DNA of 64,000 nucleotides, from the NCBI GenBank assembly GCA_008632985.1, contig QPGO01000111.1, positions 124,001-188,000 of the forward strand, given 5' to 3'. Shown here in pieces: positions 25,350-38,316 of the stretch (position 1 is its first letter; each line of letters opens with the position of its first letter). The position numbers and the translations under genes were made by a program. The stretch comes from Psammoneis japonica (taxonomy: Eukaryota). The notes below the pieces were generated by a model. That model made no database searches, was not told the DNA's origin, and saw only the letters and a list, made by a program, of their open reading frames with translations.

Positions 25350-27419
25350 TCACCATCACTGTCAAGTGATGAAAGCAAAGAGGAAAGTTGCCAACTTTCA
25401 AGAAGAAAGTCAAAAAACTCCATGAAAATGTGTCCCATGGACTCTGACAATGCAAGACATCTTGAAAGCACAGCCAACAAAGGAGAAGCAGAGGAGAGTC
25501 CAGTCAGAGTCAAGTTTGGCCTGGTGAAGGCACATGTGATTAAAGGGGAAGACAAGATCCTTTGTGACAGCAACTGGAAGTGGCACAAAATGGGTTGATG
25601 GGATGAGAATGGGGACAGTGCTCACTGGCAGCAATGGCAATTTTTGCATCCAGTTGTGTCTGTTCTGCCGCATTCATCAGTGTGTGAAGCCAGTGTCGTC
25701 TGGTCCAGACACTGTGGCTCATTGCAAAATGCCTGCTGGAAACTGGCACATTTGCATGACTGTCATCATTTGACAGCAACTGGTGCTCTGCAATTGCACA
25801 GCACTGAATGCCAGATCATGTTGCATCAAGCTGCAACATTTTCCATTTCATGTTTCTGAACTGGAGGCGACAATGCCAAGACAGTCATCTGCCATGCTGG
25901 TTGTTGCAAGTCATTTGCCTCCAATTCAAGAGAGGCAACCTGAGGAAATTGAGCAAATGAGCGGTTGCGGTGGTGACGCTGTTGACAGCATCGAGGTGAC
26001 ACTCAAACCACTGGGTGTTCCCATGTTGCTTCAAGTGCACTGTGCAGCGACCAAACATCATTTCAGTCAGACCCAAATCAGGGCAACACAGAGCAGAACA
26101 GATGATTGCAGCCCCCATGGCTTCAAACACATGTTGACAATGCAGTGCGCACAGTGCACTGGCACATTGTCCAGCACTGTGATCATGGAGGGCCATGCGG
26201 CGGACGTGTTCCAGCCGCACGTGACCAAAGTCGTGCACAAAAATGACATTTGCGCGATTTTTGCATGGTCTCTGACTTGCAAATGGTTTTTCACCACCAA
26301 AAATGTAGATTCATTCAAATTCTAATGTTTTGCAACACTGACAAGACTCGTGTGAGTGTTGCAAAATCATTGTCATCGTGCCATCAATGTTTTTCATTGC
26401 GACAAACGAGTCGCAACACAATGGCTGATTTTTGGCGAAATTGTTGCCGTCATTTGGATGTCAACCAAGTGTGTCTTTCTGTGATGCTTCTTGGTAGATT
26501 TTCCACCCACAAAGAAATCTCAGCATGAAGAGCACTGACGCACAATCAGCATTGAGTCCACTGAGGAAGTTCATGATGCATGTTCCATGAGGACTTCAAT
26601 GCCCCACAAAAAACCATTTAATTCTTCACAATTGTTCACACTCTAGACACCTGTAAAAGCCAATCCGCTTGAGCATTTCACATGAACATGCTCCGTGCAC
26701 TGATGGGCACACAATTTATGTTCAAAATCGATCGTCGTTTTGTGTGTCACCTGGGGCTGGAACACGTGTCGGCGGGGCAGCATCATCGGAGTGCACAGCA
26801 GCAGCATGTTGGTGACTCAAAATTGGAGGCATCCCACCAGAAGGGAGCATGCCATGCAAATCAGCAGAAATGGGAAATGAGGGCGGCTCGGCACACACAT
26901 GGCAGGTGCAGTCGCAAGGTGCTGGGGACGAAGAACGGGAGGTCGTCATGGTCGAGTTGTCAAAAAGCGTGTTTTTTGTGCGGAGAAAAGGAGCTGCCAA
27001 AGCTGCGTTTCTGCACCCCCGGTTTTTGGAGGTCAAAGTTTTAGGGGAGAACATGGCTCTGGATTTTTCCTGTAACTGTTGGCATTTGTCTGCAAATGCA
27101 CAAAGGAATGTTAGGACATTTACATAGAAACATCATGTACAAAATAAGATATAAATCTGCGACGTAACCATGACATCACCACATTCCCGCCTGCCACGCA
27201 CAGGGGTGGCGCAGAAGATGGAAGATGAACGGTGATCACGGTTAGAGGCACTCTCTAGAGTCTAAGCTTTTCCATCTTGACAGCAACGCGAGCACATTCT
27301 CATTACTGTCCTTGTCTTTGTAGTGTCGGTAAAGCGTTGGACCGTGCCGGTTGTCAAGAAAGAACAAGATCTGGCACTGAAGAAAATTGTATGAGAAGAA
27401 ATTGAAAATAGAAAAAACA

Positions 27420-27815
27420 ATGGCCTCACGAAAAGTACCTCCACAATTGGCTCGAGAATTACAACGACACATTGCCAAAAAGACAAGCAGTAGTAACAGT
27501 GGCAGTGGCGGTAATAATTCACGCAATAAGGTCTTGTGGGGATGTCTTGGTTTTACGGGTGTCGCTGCGTCGTTGCCCTTTATCAGTATGCATTGGATTG
27601 GTGGTTTGAACGACAAGGAGGGTGAATTGACCGCGGCACAAGTTCGGCGTGGTGCCTTTATGAATTCTGGTTCGAAGGATGCGGGGCGAGACGAGAATTG
27701 GGACTTTAGTACGGGAACTTACAATAAGGACAATCCGCATTATCGAGATTTGTTTGAACGAGATAATCCGAATGAAGTGGAGCACGGAGAAGAGTTTTTC
27801 AAACGAAGACCATGA
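27420..27815 (+). CDS. Small single-pass membrane hypothetical protein (131 aa)
   Basis: Intact ORF MASRKVPP...; one hydrophobic segment followed by LTAAQVRRGAFMNSGSKD; normal TA content. Confidence 0.75.
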   Translation: MASRKVPPQLARELQRHIAKKTSSSNSGSGGNNSRNKVLWGCLGFTGVAASLPFISMHWIGGLNDKEGELTAAQVRRGAFMNSGSKDAGRDENWDFSTGTYNKDNPHYRDLFERDNPNEVEHGEEFFKRRP

Positions 27816-27857
27816 CACAATATTATTAAATTAGAAAGAAAGCTACTTTTATGTAGT

Positions 27858-30800
27858 CTATTGTGAATTAACAGTCACCATCCACTGCATGGGAAACGTA
27901 TACGTGAGCTTTTCATTGGGTGCTGCAGAAATTGTCAGTCGAACGTGCTGAAGGTTATAGATCCCTCCGGAAGCAATCGAAACTTGGAGCGGAACAGCCA
28001 ATTGATCTCCCCCTTCCAGCTCCCATGCAAACGATTCTGCTCCGATAAATGCAATGCGACCGTCGGAGCTGTGTTCCATGCAAAAGTCAAACTTGACGGC
28101 CGAGCCGACGAGTCGATTCATCAAGGTAATGTCTAGAGCAATGCCCTGTCAAAGATATAGCGGCATCGGGACAAGAGCGTTGGGTACACAAACTTGCAAG
28201 GAATTGCCAATACACCAGTCACAATAAAAGGGTGCACTTACCACTGGACCTTTTGAAAAATCGTGAGTAACCGTTGATGGATGCTTGGCTGTAATGGTGA
28301 TTGGACACCCCAGGTCAATTTCTGCCGGTCTCACCGAAAGCTGCGTCAAGTGATGTTGCCCATGGATATTGTCATGCCCTCCACCATTGCCGTCTTGTTC
28401 TCCACAAGCGTGCCACGAACAAATCACGTTAATCTTGGACAAGAGCGATTCGGGTTCTTGTGGACAGAGACGCGCCAACGATGTTGGATGAACGTTGCTG
28501 GAAGTAGCGTCATTGAGAGATCCAACCTCAGAGGCCCCATCTGATGCAGATCCACCGTTGAAATCGTCGTCGTCACTTGTGCTGACTGAACTCTTGGCTC
28601 TTCTAATGGAACTGATCGAACGAGGATTCCCCGAGTCTTCCTCCTCGGCTGCAATTCTCGCGAGCTCTGCTTCATGATCTTGAAGGTCGTTCTGCAACAA
28701 AGGTGGAGGTGACAGAAGCGTGAAAAGATGGTGAGACCTCCCAAGTCGACGCCCTTCATCATATTTGCAAAGCCCATTGACAGACACGTACCTGAAACTC
28801 ATTATGCGCATGTTCCAAACATATATAGTCGGTTCTGTCCGGGTCCGAGCTGAAATCTTGGACTTCCCGGAACTGGCACTTGCTCAACAGCGCGTTGGTG
28901 GTGGTACCATCTGTGGAAACGGCATCCCGTGGGACAAGGCGGTAGTGCATTGTAATCCGCTCTTGCCATCCAATCTCCGGCGTCGCTGCCGGCCCATTGT
29001 CGGCGACTTGTCCGACGAAACGCTCCAGTTTGTATTGCCGACTCGTGATGCTCAGCGTGTCCAGGGCGACTTCGAGGTTGGTCGGTCTGTCGCTTCGTTG
29101 GTTGGTAATCTGAACAAAGAAAAAATGTTGAGCGCTCACAGGGGACAACAATATTATGAGGAAATTACAAGCTTTCAGACTCACTTCCAGCGACAGCACA
29201 TGTTCTGATGCCTTTCGATACGATGGTATGATAGAAGCCATGAGCGACAAGGACGGATAGACAGGCACATGAACCATTTTCCGCAACCACCGCCTTGCGG
29301 TATATGTCATTGTAGGATCCCACAGCTCGTAACGGTACAGCATGTAAAAGTCCTGCTTGCCGGACCCGCATATTCTTGCCTGAACGGGAATGTCGACTGT
29401 CTCTCCGGGGTAAATGGGACCCTGGTTGCCTTCGCCACCGACGGGTAGAGACATGAGTGTTCCGGATGGTCCCACGCAATTCGACGTGGCATCCGTGATA
29501 GAGGCAACATTATTGTGGACAATATTGATCCACGGAAGATTGGTCTTGAGAGTGATGTTGCATGCGGGAGCTGTTCCCTTGTTGGTCAGACGAAGATTCC
29601 AAGAGCTGATTTGCCCTTCCAAAGCTTGGCCAGTGTAGGCGGTGTTGCTGGGCTCGGTCGACGATGAGCTGTCCGTCCGAAAGGCCTTGACAGTGAGACA
29701 GGGCATGCCTTGCTCGACCTTTGCTTTAAGAAGAACACTCTCACCTCGAACTGTAGAAGGGTGACAGACACAAATTATCATGTGAGTCAGAGTACGACTG
29801 TGAGACAATCAAGACCAACGTGGCTTACTTCGATTCGCTTTTTGATCTCGTGTGTTTTGTAAAAGCGGTCCCTTTATATCAAACGGATGATAGACCCAAA
29901 TGTGATCGAGCAGTTTGAACCGAACTCCCATGATTTCCAAATCGCCCTCGAGCAGCGGACAAATCGAAAGTGACATGTTCTTGGTCGACCCGGGCTCCAA
30001 CGACCGACTGGTCTTGGTCACTACAAAGAAGGGTGTTTCCATCTCACTCATGGGCACCCAGGGTGTCGTCATGGCCTCTTTAGGATTGCTCGTATTCATG
30101 CGACCAAAGTGCGGCACGGTAAAGTCAATGCCGTGAAACGACCAAGTCTTGGCGTCCTGCTGATGAGAGCTACCGCCGACATTGATAGCGTCCTCGCTTG
30201 TACAAATACCTCCATGCCGCACGACATGCCTCGCCACCAACTGTATGCTTTCCAACTGTATCGGAATCGCAAGCGGATTACTAATCTCAAAGCCAACCGA
30301 CAGTGGTTCCATCATGGCTCGCACACGTGGCTTGGCCTTTGAGGATAGCTTGGCAGCCCGCTCGGTTCGTTCCAGGTTTGTGTTTTCCTTATCCATCTCA
30401 TAAATGACTCGCCGAGTCGCAAAATTGTCAATCTTGCCCAAGGCTTGGATCATGCCCAGACTCATTGTGGTTTCTTGTCCAAACTTGTACTGAGGATTGG
30501 CAGCAACCCGCAATTCTGCCTCGACACTGCATTCCAATTGTTTCCAAACCGACTCTGATCCATCGTCGGGAGTGCCAAAGAATTCCAAAGCCAAATGGTC
30601 GTCTTGCTCGGTCTGGGGTTTCTTCTTTTCCGTATCGACACAAATCTGAACCGTCGTGTCTTCAATACACGGCAGGTCCATATTGTGCAATTCCAAAACA
30701 CGCGTCGCACCCGGCGTCACGTCCAACACGTGTTGAATATGTTGGGTCCGTTCCTCGTCGGCTCGACTCGACAAGAGAGCCATGCGGTCCGACCCCACCG

Positions 30801-33287
30801 TGGCATCCGCAACGTGCAGCTTGCAAATATCGGACAAGTGATGAACAAACTTTTCCTGGCTCTTGACGGAAACCTTGCCACCACCCGTGGTGCCCACCAG
30901 TTTGGCATAGAGTTGCACCGAGACTGCCATGCGGTTGAGCGAATACAATTGTGCCGCCAAGGCGGATCGCAAGTGGTTGTGTAATTCGTCCCATTGTCCG
31001 TTTTGGTACACAAACAGCGCACTCGTAAAGCATCGAAAGGCGTGTTGCTCTTGTCCGGTGGAACGGAACATGTGTCCAGACATGAGCATGTGAAAGGCAT
31101 ACTTGCGATACATTCCGGCTCGATAATAATGAGACGAGCTCTGCTCCAACAACACGGCCGCACCCAGAGCGGTTTCATGAGAACTCGCCGATGCCAACAA
31201 ATCGGCCACATCGACATGACGCGAAAAGGAAATTTGTCGTGTCGAAGACATGACCAGACACAGTCTCGTGGCGAGTCGCGTCGCAATGGGCACGGTTGTG
31301 GGACGGGGTGTTGCCGCATCGCCCCGTTCTTCTTCGGCCGCACGTGTATACGTCAAGAGGGCCGTTTCCAAACAACCAAAGACATCCTTGGACCGACTGG
31401 TTGGGTCCAACAAGAAGAGACACAATCCCATCATTTCATGAATGGACGCATAATGGATCAAGGCATTGTCATGCTTGTAATCATCCTTGATTAAACGATA
31501 CGTATTGAGAGCCGCGTCATAATCACGCATTAAAAAGAGCGTGTCGGCCAAGAGCCGAACCTGACTTTCAATCGAATCATAGCGATACGTGACTTCATCC
31601 GACATGGATGCCGACGACGATGTTGTTGTTGTTGTTGGATACGACACGGGCGTTGTGGCATTCGGTGGAACCATCGCATCGCTGGTTGCTTTCGAGGTTC
31701 GTCCGGGCCAAAAGCTTTTCAAGACATTCTTGACACCCTTTTTCTGTACATTCACCATGGTGTTGAGATCGGAAATGCGTCTCTCTAAAGAAGGAAGCAG
31801 ACTGCCGGTAATGAGCGTGGCAATGTACCGCCTCAAGACCAATCGATCCGACATGGACAAACACGCTCCACATTGTCCATTGCCACCCCACGGATCGTGT
31901 GTTTCTTCCTTGATAATTTCTGCCGCTTGCGTCGCATGGACACTGTTGATTCCGAGTACGGCCGATCCACTGCCAAAGGCTTGACGTAAATCCGTCGAGA
32001 GTTGTTCAATGTTCAGGTCGGACGGTCCGTCAATGACGTCGTGCAGGACGAGTGCTTCTTTTCGTAAAAATTGAAAATCCACCAGTCCCTGTTGATACAG
32101 GGACGGCAAGTAGTGCGTATTGTTGGCCAGTTCCGTAAGACACTCTAGTGGCGATTCGACGCTTTCCTTGGAGGCACACACCAAGAGGACAATGGGTGGT
32201 GTCGTTAACAAATCATGCTGCAGTGCATTCGTGCCATCATCCAGAGCGTGACGGAACCGTAGCAGCCACGGCAGTGTCGGTGGAGACGTGAGAGCGTAGG
32301 CATCCTGCGTCACGTGTTCCAACTGGGTGGCTCGTTCTCGATTGGCATCCATGAGTGATAAATTACTCAAATTGTCCTTGTGTTCCTTGTACAATAAATC
32401 ATCCACCTTGTGTTCCAACAATTTCAATTCTTCTTCAATATCCCCGTCATGCGGTTGAACGGTAGCCGCATCCCATAGACTTTTTTGAAAATCGTCCTTA
32501 TCACTCTTGTTGTAATACTCACTCGACACAAAGTGCACTTTGAGTGACGTCCAATCCAACGCAATGGACCGATGGGCCGATCGAAAGGGCGGAAGCGGCA
32601 AGGTGTGTGTGACGGACGTGAGATCTTGCGCCAATCCGTCCAACAACTCGGGCAAATGCAGTGCATTCTTCCACGCCAATTGATTAGCCGCCTCTGTGCA
32701 CAAGACCAAAATGTTAATGTCGGTTTGACGACGAGCCATGGGAGATAAATAGAGGGGCGTTCAAATTTGGATTGGAATTCTCCGTCGTGTATAAACTCAT
32801 CGTCGGTCGATGCCGCTGTTGGAGGTAGTGTCGCGGGTGGTGGAGGGGGTGGCGGTGGGGGAGGAGGTGGCGGAAGAGGAAGCGATGTGACGGTTGTTGC
32901 TGGTGCTATATCATTGGGTGCAACAGAAGGAGCAGTGACGGACATTTTGGGAGGAGGAGGAAGCGGAGCCATGAGAGGGGGCGGTGGTAACGATGCCTCC
33001 TCTGTTGTACGAGTAGCTTCTTTTATGCTCACATCGGGAGAGTAAATCGTGGAGAGCTTGCGCATACGTTCGCTATCATCCTCTTCACTGCTAATCGAAG
33101 GCGTTATATTACCAGATGGCGGCGCGGAAGCCAACGTTGGAATAGTTTCTGTCGTTTCATGAGGTGGAAGTGTTGTTTCCTTTTTCGCTTTAGCTTGCTT
33201 CTTGGGTGGAGGCGGCGGCGGTGGCGGAGGAGGAGGAAACGCCGGTTGATCTGTGTGGTCGCCAGAGTCTGGCTTGGAGACAGGCAT
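27858..33287 (-). CDS. TRAPPC8: Trafficking protein particle complex subunit 8 (Trs85), multi-exon
   Basis: Motifs KKGVKNVLKSFW, ESQVRLLADTLFLMRDY, AAVLLEQ, RKYAFHMLMSGHMF and C-terminal Ig-like domains; introns ~29828-29751, 29184-29110, 28791-28692, 28241-~28140; Pro-rich N-terminus joined through a probable 1-bp frameshift near 32757. Confidence 0.88.
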
Positions 33288-34028
33288 GGTGTTTTGAAAA
33301 ACTTATTCAGAGATCAGCGCTTTGCAAACCGCAAGACACAAAACAAAAGGAGTCAACAAGAGAGAATATGTGCGGCCGCCTGCGTTGTGCTGGTCATTGT
33401 GTTTTATTGCGAGAAGCGATCGCGAATCATCGCGAGATGGATGATGCGATGTTCCTGCGTTTGAGGCGTCTGTTCGTCATGCGAATCAGGGAAAGTTCCG
33501 TTGGGAGAGTTCGCAAGATGCGAACAGCGAAAATTTCAAAAACATTGAAAAAAATATCATAATGCGCATTCAGCTTCACAGGAAGAACGACAATGGCACG
33601 ACGTCCAATCGTTGGAGTATTGTTTGTGCAATGTCGGGTTTTACTTGTGCCACAAAATGTCGGATATTGGATTGTTGCAACACGCTCACTTGATTGTGAT
33701 TGTGTCAATTCGCTTTCAGAGCTCATCTCACAGAGTGCCACAAGAGGAGAATGAATCAAGAGAACAAGAGGGCAATCAACTCGGCGAATGGAGATGAAGC
33801 GTGCGAGAGATGTTGAGGCGAAAATTCCTCTAGTATTATTTTAACTAGTTGATGATGAGCGAGGCCTGTAGTGAGCGGCATTCAGGGCGCGTAAACAGAA
33901 CTTGTTGCAGTATCCGAAAGGGACCGCATGTCGAACTTCAACGAGAAAGATGCCACAAATCAAGCCCCCCCTTTGGCATTTGGGTCTTTTGGAGGACGCG
34001 GTCTTGAGTGCATGAGCTTTGTGTATAC

Positions 34029-37000
34029 TCATGATTGACACGTGCATATCATGCCTTTAACGCCTTTGATAACCTCCGTTCCGCAAGACACATCCCACTT
34101 TCCCCAGCACGTGGCTTTTTTGCTGTTTGTTTCTTTGGCGGATATGCACGTGGCACCTTGTTGCGCACAAAAAGCATCGCAGTTGCTGCCTCTCATATTG
34201 ATATATGCCGAACACTCTGATTCCTTCTCCTCGCATACCGATACATGACCGAAGCTATTATTTTCACAGGATAGAATAGAGGGCTTCTGGAGAGCTTTGT
34301 TTTGAGGAGGAGGAGGAAGCGTGGGCTCTTTAGCATTTCCAATGGAGCAGGTGCATATTGTATCCGTCAATCCATCGCTACACTTTGCTGGCCCTCTGCT
34401 TGCACAAGAGGCGACATCACCCGCATTGGCTTGTGCCGAGATACAGTAGCCGCCTTGCTTGATACAAAAATCGTTGCAGCTGTCACCATTTAATTTGACA
34501 AAGACGGTGCATTCCTTGTTGGTTTCGTCTTCATCGCAAAGGAGTATTCCGTCCTCATATCCTGTGTTGCAAAGTTTCGACTGTTGGACTGGAGCCGTTT
34601 GGCATGTATTGCATGCAACCGGACAAGCCTCGTAGCCCGATTGACTGACGCCTTGACCATTCTTTCCCGTTATCCGGCAGGACGATGGCTTGGTCTCTAG
34701 GTATTTGCAATCCTTTCGTATGAAAAATACATAGCTGTACCAATCTTTGTCATCTTGGCACGGCGTTGTTGGAGCAAGCGTTGGTGATTCTGTTGGCCTA
34801 GCCGTCGGTAGATTTGTCGGAGTGAGCGTTGGAGAATAAGTTGGTCTCGATGTCGGGTGGGTTGTTGGGGCTGTAGTGACCGGCTTTGGAGCTTTGCTTA
34901 GCATCAGAATAGGCTGAATTGTTGGAGATGCAGTCATGCCTGTTGGTGCCGTTGCTTTTTCAGAAATCCTTGGGAGGCTGCATCTGCCACAAGTGACGGG
35001 ACAACCCCTGGACGCCAATACCGAGTTGCCCTCCCCATCTAGGCCAACAAGTTTGCACCGAGCGTCGGGATTCTTAGATACAAATTTGCACTTTTTTGTT
35101 GACCCATTCTTCCTGAAAACCCAGTTACTGTCGTCGATGCATTCTGAGCTACTTTTTTCTGTGTGGAGTGCGTTATTTCCGCGGGTGGTGGTCGGAGTGC
35201 TGGTAACAGATGCTGTAGGACTTGTCGTTGGCGCGGGGGGCAAGGTTGCTGACATTGTCGGCGACGAGGTTTCCGTCACTGTAGGTCGCGACGTCGGCGG
35301 GCGAGATGATGGAGCGTAGGTCGGGTACATGGTGGGTGGCGCCGTTGCTGACCTTGTCGGTGCCGAGATTTCCGTCACTGTAGGCTGCGACGTCGGAGGG
35401 CGAGATGATGGAGCGTAGGTCGGGTACATGGTGGGTGGCGCCGTTGCTGACCTTGTCGGTGCCGAGGTTTCCATCACATCCGTTGTTTGGCAGGTCCCAC
35501 ATGTGAGTGGGCATGCCTCGTAGCCAGAAGCAGAATTTCCAGTTGCATCTTTTCCGATTTGCTTACATCGCGATTCAGGCTTGGCTTTCAAATATCTGCA
35601 TGGCTTGTTCAACCCGCCTTTTGTTGTAAATATCCACAACATATCATCGGCACACTCACCGTTAGGAGTTCGAAACGGTTTCTTTATTATTTCTGCCATT
35701 TGATTTGCCTCGGAAACGGTGGATAGTGGCGTTGGTGAAACCGTTGGCATTGAAGTCGAGGGTGCTGCAGAAGGTTCGGACGTAGTGGTCGAAGATTCTT
35801 GCTTTTTGCTCCCAAATCTTACCTTTTCTATCGGCCCAAAATTTCCACCAACTTTCTCCAGTTGCCCGTCAAAGTAAAGCGAGAAACCCCCTTCGCCATA
35901 GTTGCAACATATGCCATCGCTGCCGCGGTCTCTAATCGCAAAGGTGTATTCATCAACTGGCAAACAGAGCCTCGTGATATAGGCTTTCTCACTACGAAGC
36001 CCATCAGCAGATTCAATAACGCCATTTTTGGAATTCGTTAGAACCCAAGACGTTTCCTCGCCCCACTCATCGGTCGTCAGATTGAGCATGAAGGCCTTAC
36101 CATCACAAAGGAATTCTGTGGGTGAAGGTGTTGGAGGTTGAGTGTAAAGAGGGTCTTGCTTACAACCACCAAAAGCTCCATCCGAAAGTGGCTGTGGGGA
36201 AACGTCGCCGGCTATGCATCCATCGCGTTTTAACCGATCGTAGGCTGCCTTTGCTTGAACCATCCCAAATCCGGACTCGGTATCACAACCATCTTCACCT
36301 ATGTCCCTGGCACTTCGTATCAGCACGTTTCTTATTTGGTGGTTCGTGCATTCTTGAAAGTGAGACCAAACCAACGCAGCAATGCCTGTTACAAAGGGTG
36401 TCGCCATTGAAGTCCCTTTCGGAGAAAGAATGGAAAAATGAGCTTTCATGTAATGATGATAACGCTTGAGTTTATCTGCAGACCTACCAGTCCAGCTACT
36501 GTAGCCATAATCTGTTTTATCAAACTTTGGTACTTTTGATGCAACGTCTTGTCCGGGAGCGGGAACGGAGTTTCCTTCATAGCAAGAACTCAGAAATGAT
36601 TGAGGCATTCATGAAAAGTTCAGAAAGATTGGCTTATCTGAAGACGTACCTCTCCACCTATCATTACCATGCTGTTTCCCATCAAACTTTGGCACGGTTG
36701 ATACAATATCGATTCCGGGAGCAGAAATCTCTACTTGGTCATTGTACTGAGAAAAGTATGCAACTGCTTCATCTCGTCCGGTTGCAGCTACCGACATAAC
36801 GGAAGGAAAAGATGCAGGAAAGTCGTAGGAAGTGTCACCTCCATTCCCAGAAGCCGCAATCAGTAAAGCGCCTTCATCGTATGCTTTTTGGAATGCGGTG
36901 CGAGCTAGATCACTTTTTCCTTCTCCACCGATGCTCATACTGATGACCTTGGACCCAGCCGTGAGACAGCCATCAAGTGCCCTCAGGACAAGGAACTCAG

Positions 37001-37793
37001 AGCCTTCACCTTTCCCGTCCAAAGCTTTAGCAATATGGAAATTGAAGCCTGGTTTTTGATTTCCAACAACACCCACAACTCCAATGTCGTTGTTTCCTAG
37101 CGCCCCGATGGTTCCCATGCAGTGTGTGCCGTGGCCATAGTCATCCACCTTCCAATCACCAGTCCCAGTGTTTGTCCCGGTGACGCTTTCGGTAGGGAGA
37201 TCAGGATGCCCCAAAGCCATGCCACTGTCAATAATGCATATCGTCATATTCCCGTTTTGCAAAGGGTCCCTTGGAATATCCCACATTTGATCCGCTTGAA
37301 CCAATTTCATGCCATATCCGACGTGTTCAAGAACGCGACGGCGTTGCTCTTCCGGTGTGAGTGGTTTCTTGGTTCGCTGTTGCGGTTGCAGTGCATGTAC
37401 TTTGTGATTGAGCTCGACGAAATCTATATCAGGATCGTCTAGCAACGCACGGATTGCCTCTCTGTCTCTAGTCTGAATCGACATTATGGGGTGGCGGGGT
37501 AGTTTCTTGAAATCGCGCGACAACTTCTTCGTTAAAGACTTCCCTTTTCCATTTTTGTACCTTACAAACAATGATAGTTCTTCTGGCAAGTCCTTGTTGT
37601 CGTCGACTGCGATTTGAAGAATTTCCGAGCTCCCCGCGGACTGTTTTACCCATTTCTTCTTCTTGCTTCTCCTTCTGAGCATCTCCGCTAAAGGATCAGT
37701 CTCGTTTGAAGGCAATTGGCAATCGCAAAACTGCACCACAGCGAGGGATAGAAATGCCACAATCCATGGTGTGAAAATGAAAGAGAGCGTCAT
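34029..37793 (-). CDS. Secreted subtilisin-like S8 protease with Cys-rich modules and PT repeats (copy 1)
   Basis: Signal peptide, propeptide, catalytic IIDSG / HGTHC / GTSMA, AASGNGG; introns 36649-36575 and 36487-36416; ShK-like Cys modules; 117-bp internal repeat at ~35275-35470. Confidence 0.9.
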
Positions 37794-38316
37794 GATCGCT
37801 TTAAAAGAGAAGGATTTACTCTCTTTCTCGCTTTCATTTAGCCTAATGTTGGTACAGTAAACCTGTCCCCCTTTTTCACTGCCCTTTCATTGCGGGTCAC
37901 AGAAGATGATTATCATCATGAAAAAATTCCAAAATCGCCTGTATTGTTTCGGTGGTACTGTACTGCATAGTAGAGTCATTGTTATTAAATAGATGTCTGA
38001 TGTGACCAAAGTGCGTTGAAAAAGAATGTCCTGTACATAGGCCTTTTCTGTTCGATTGGTCACAACATACAAGAGAAATTTATTGTTGTGATAGATCGCG
38101 AAAGTTTAAGCCCTAATTATGTCCTGACTTTTCAGTTGGAATGACTATATATTTTCAATTAAGCCCTTAGAATCTCACAGATGGTACTGTACAGTACCGG
38201 GCACGCAACCTGAATTTTCTTCCCTTTCAATCATACCTATCAACGTGATCCATCGTCAATACTCACATTTATCCCACGGTGTGGTCAGACGATTTTGAGT
38301 GCCGCCGATCAATACG

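Larger units (their letters stand above)
9350..27030. other. TpA-depleted hypermutated domain 2 containing a Plavaka-type transposon
   Basis: TA is near absent over ~17.7 kb; CG remains frequent in 12.4-24.1 kb; TA is normal again from ~27040. Confidence 0.9.

Noticed and set aside
25783..26950. Protein-like ORF remnants at the right end of domain 2
   Set aside because: Possibly degraded genes, but no family could be recognised.
9350..27030. Classical fungal RIP or plain CpG methylation decay as the sole explanation
   Set aside because: RIP raises TpA rather than removing it; CpG decay cannot turn Tyr codons into Cys/His, and CG is still abundant in the Plavaka element.
9257..27210. Terminal inverted repeats bounding all of domain 2 (caccccac... 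/ ...caggggtg)
   Set aside because: Only ~6 bp match and no target-site duplication seen.
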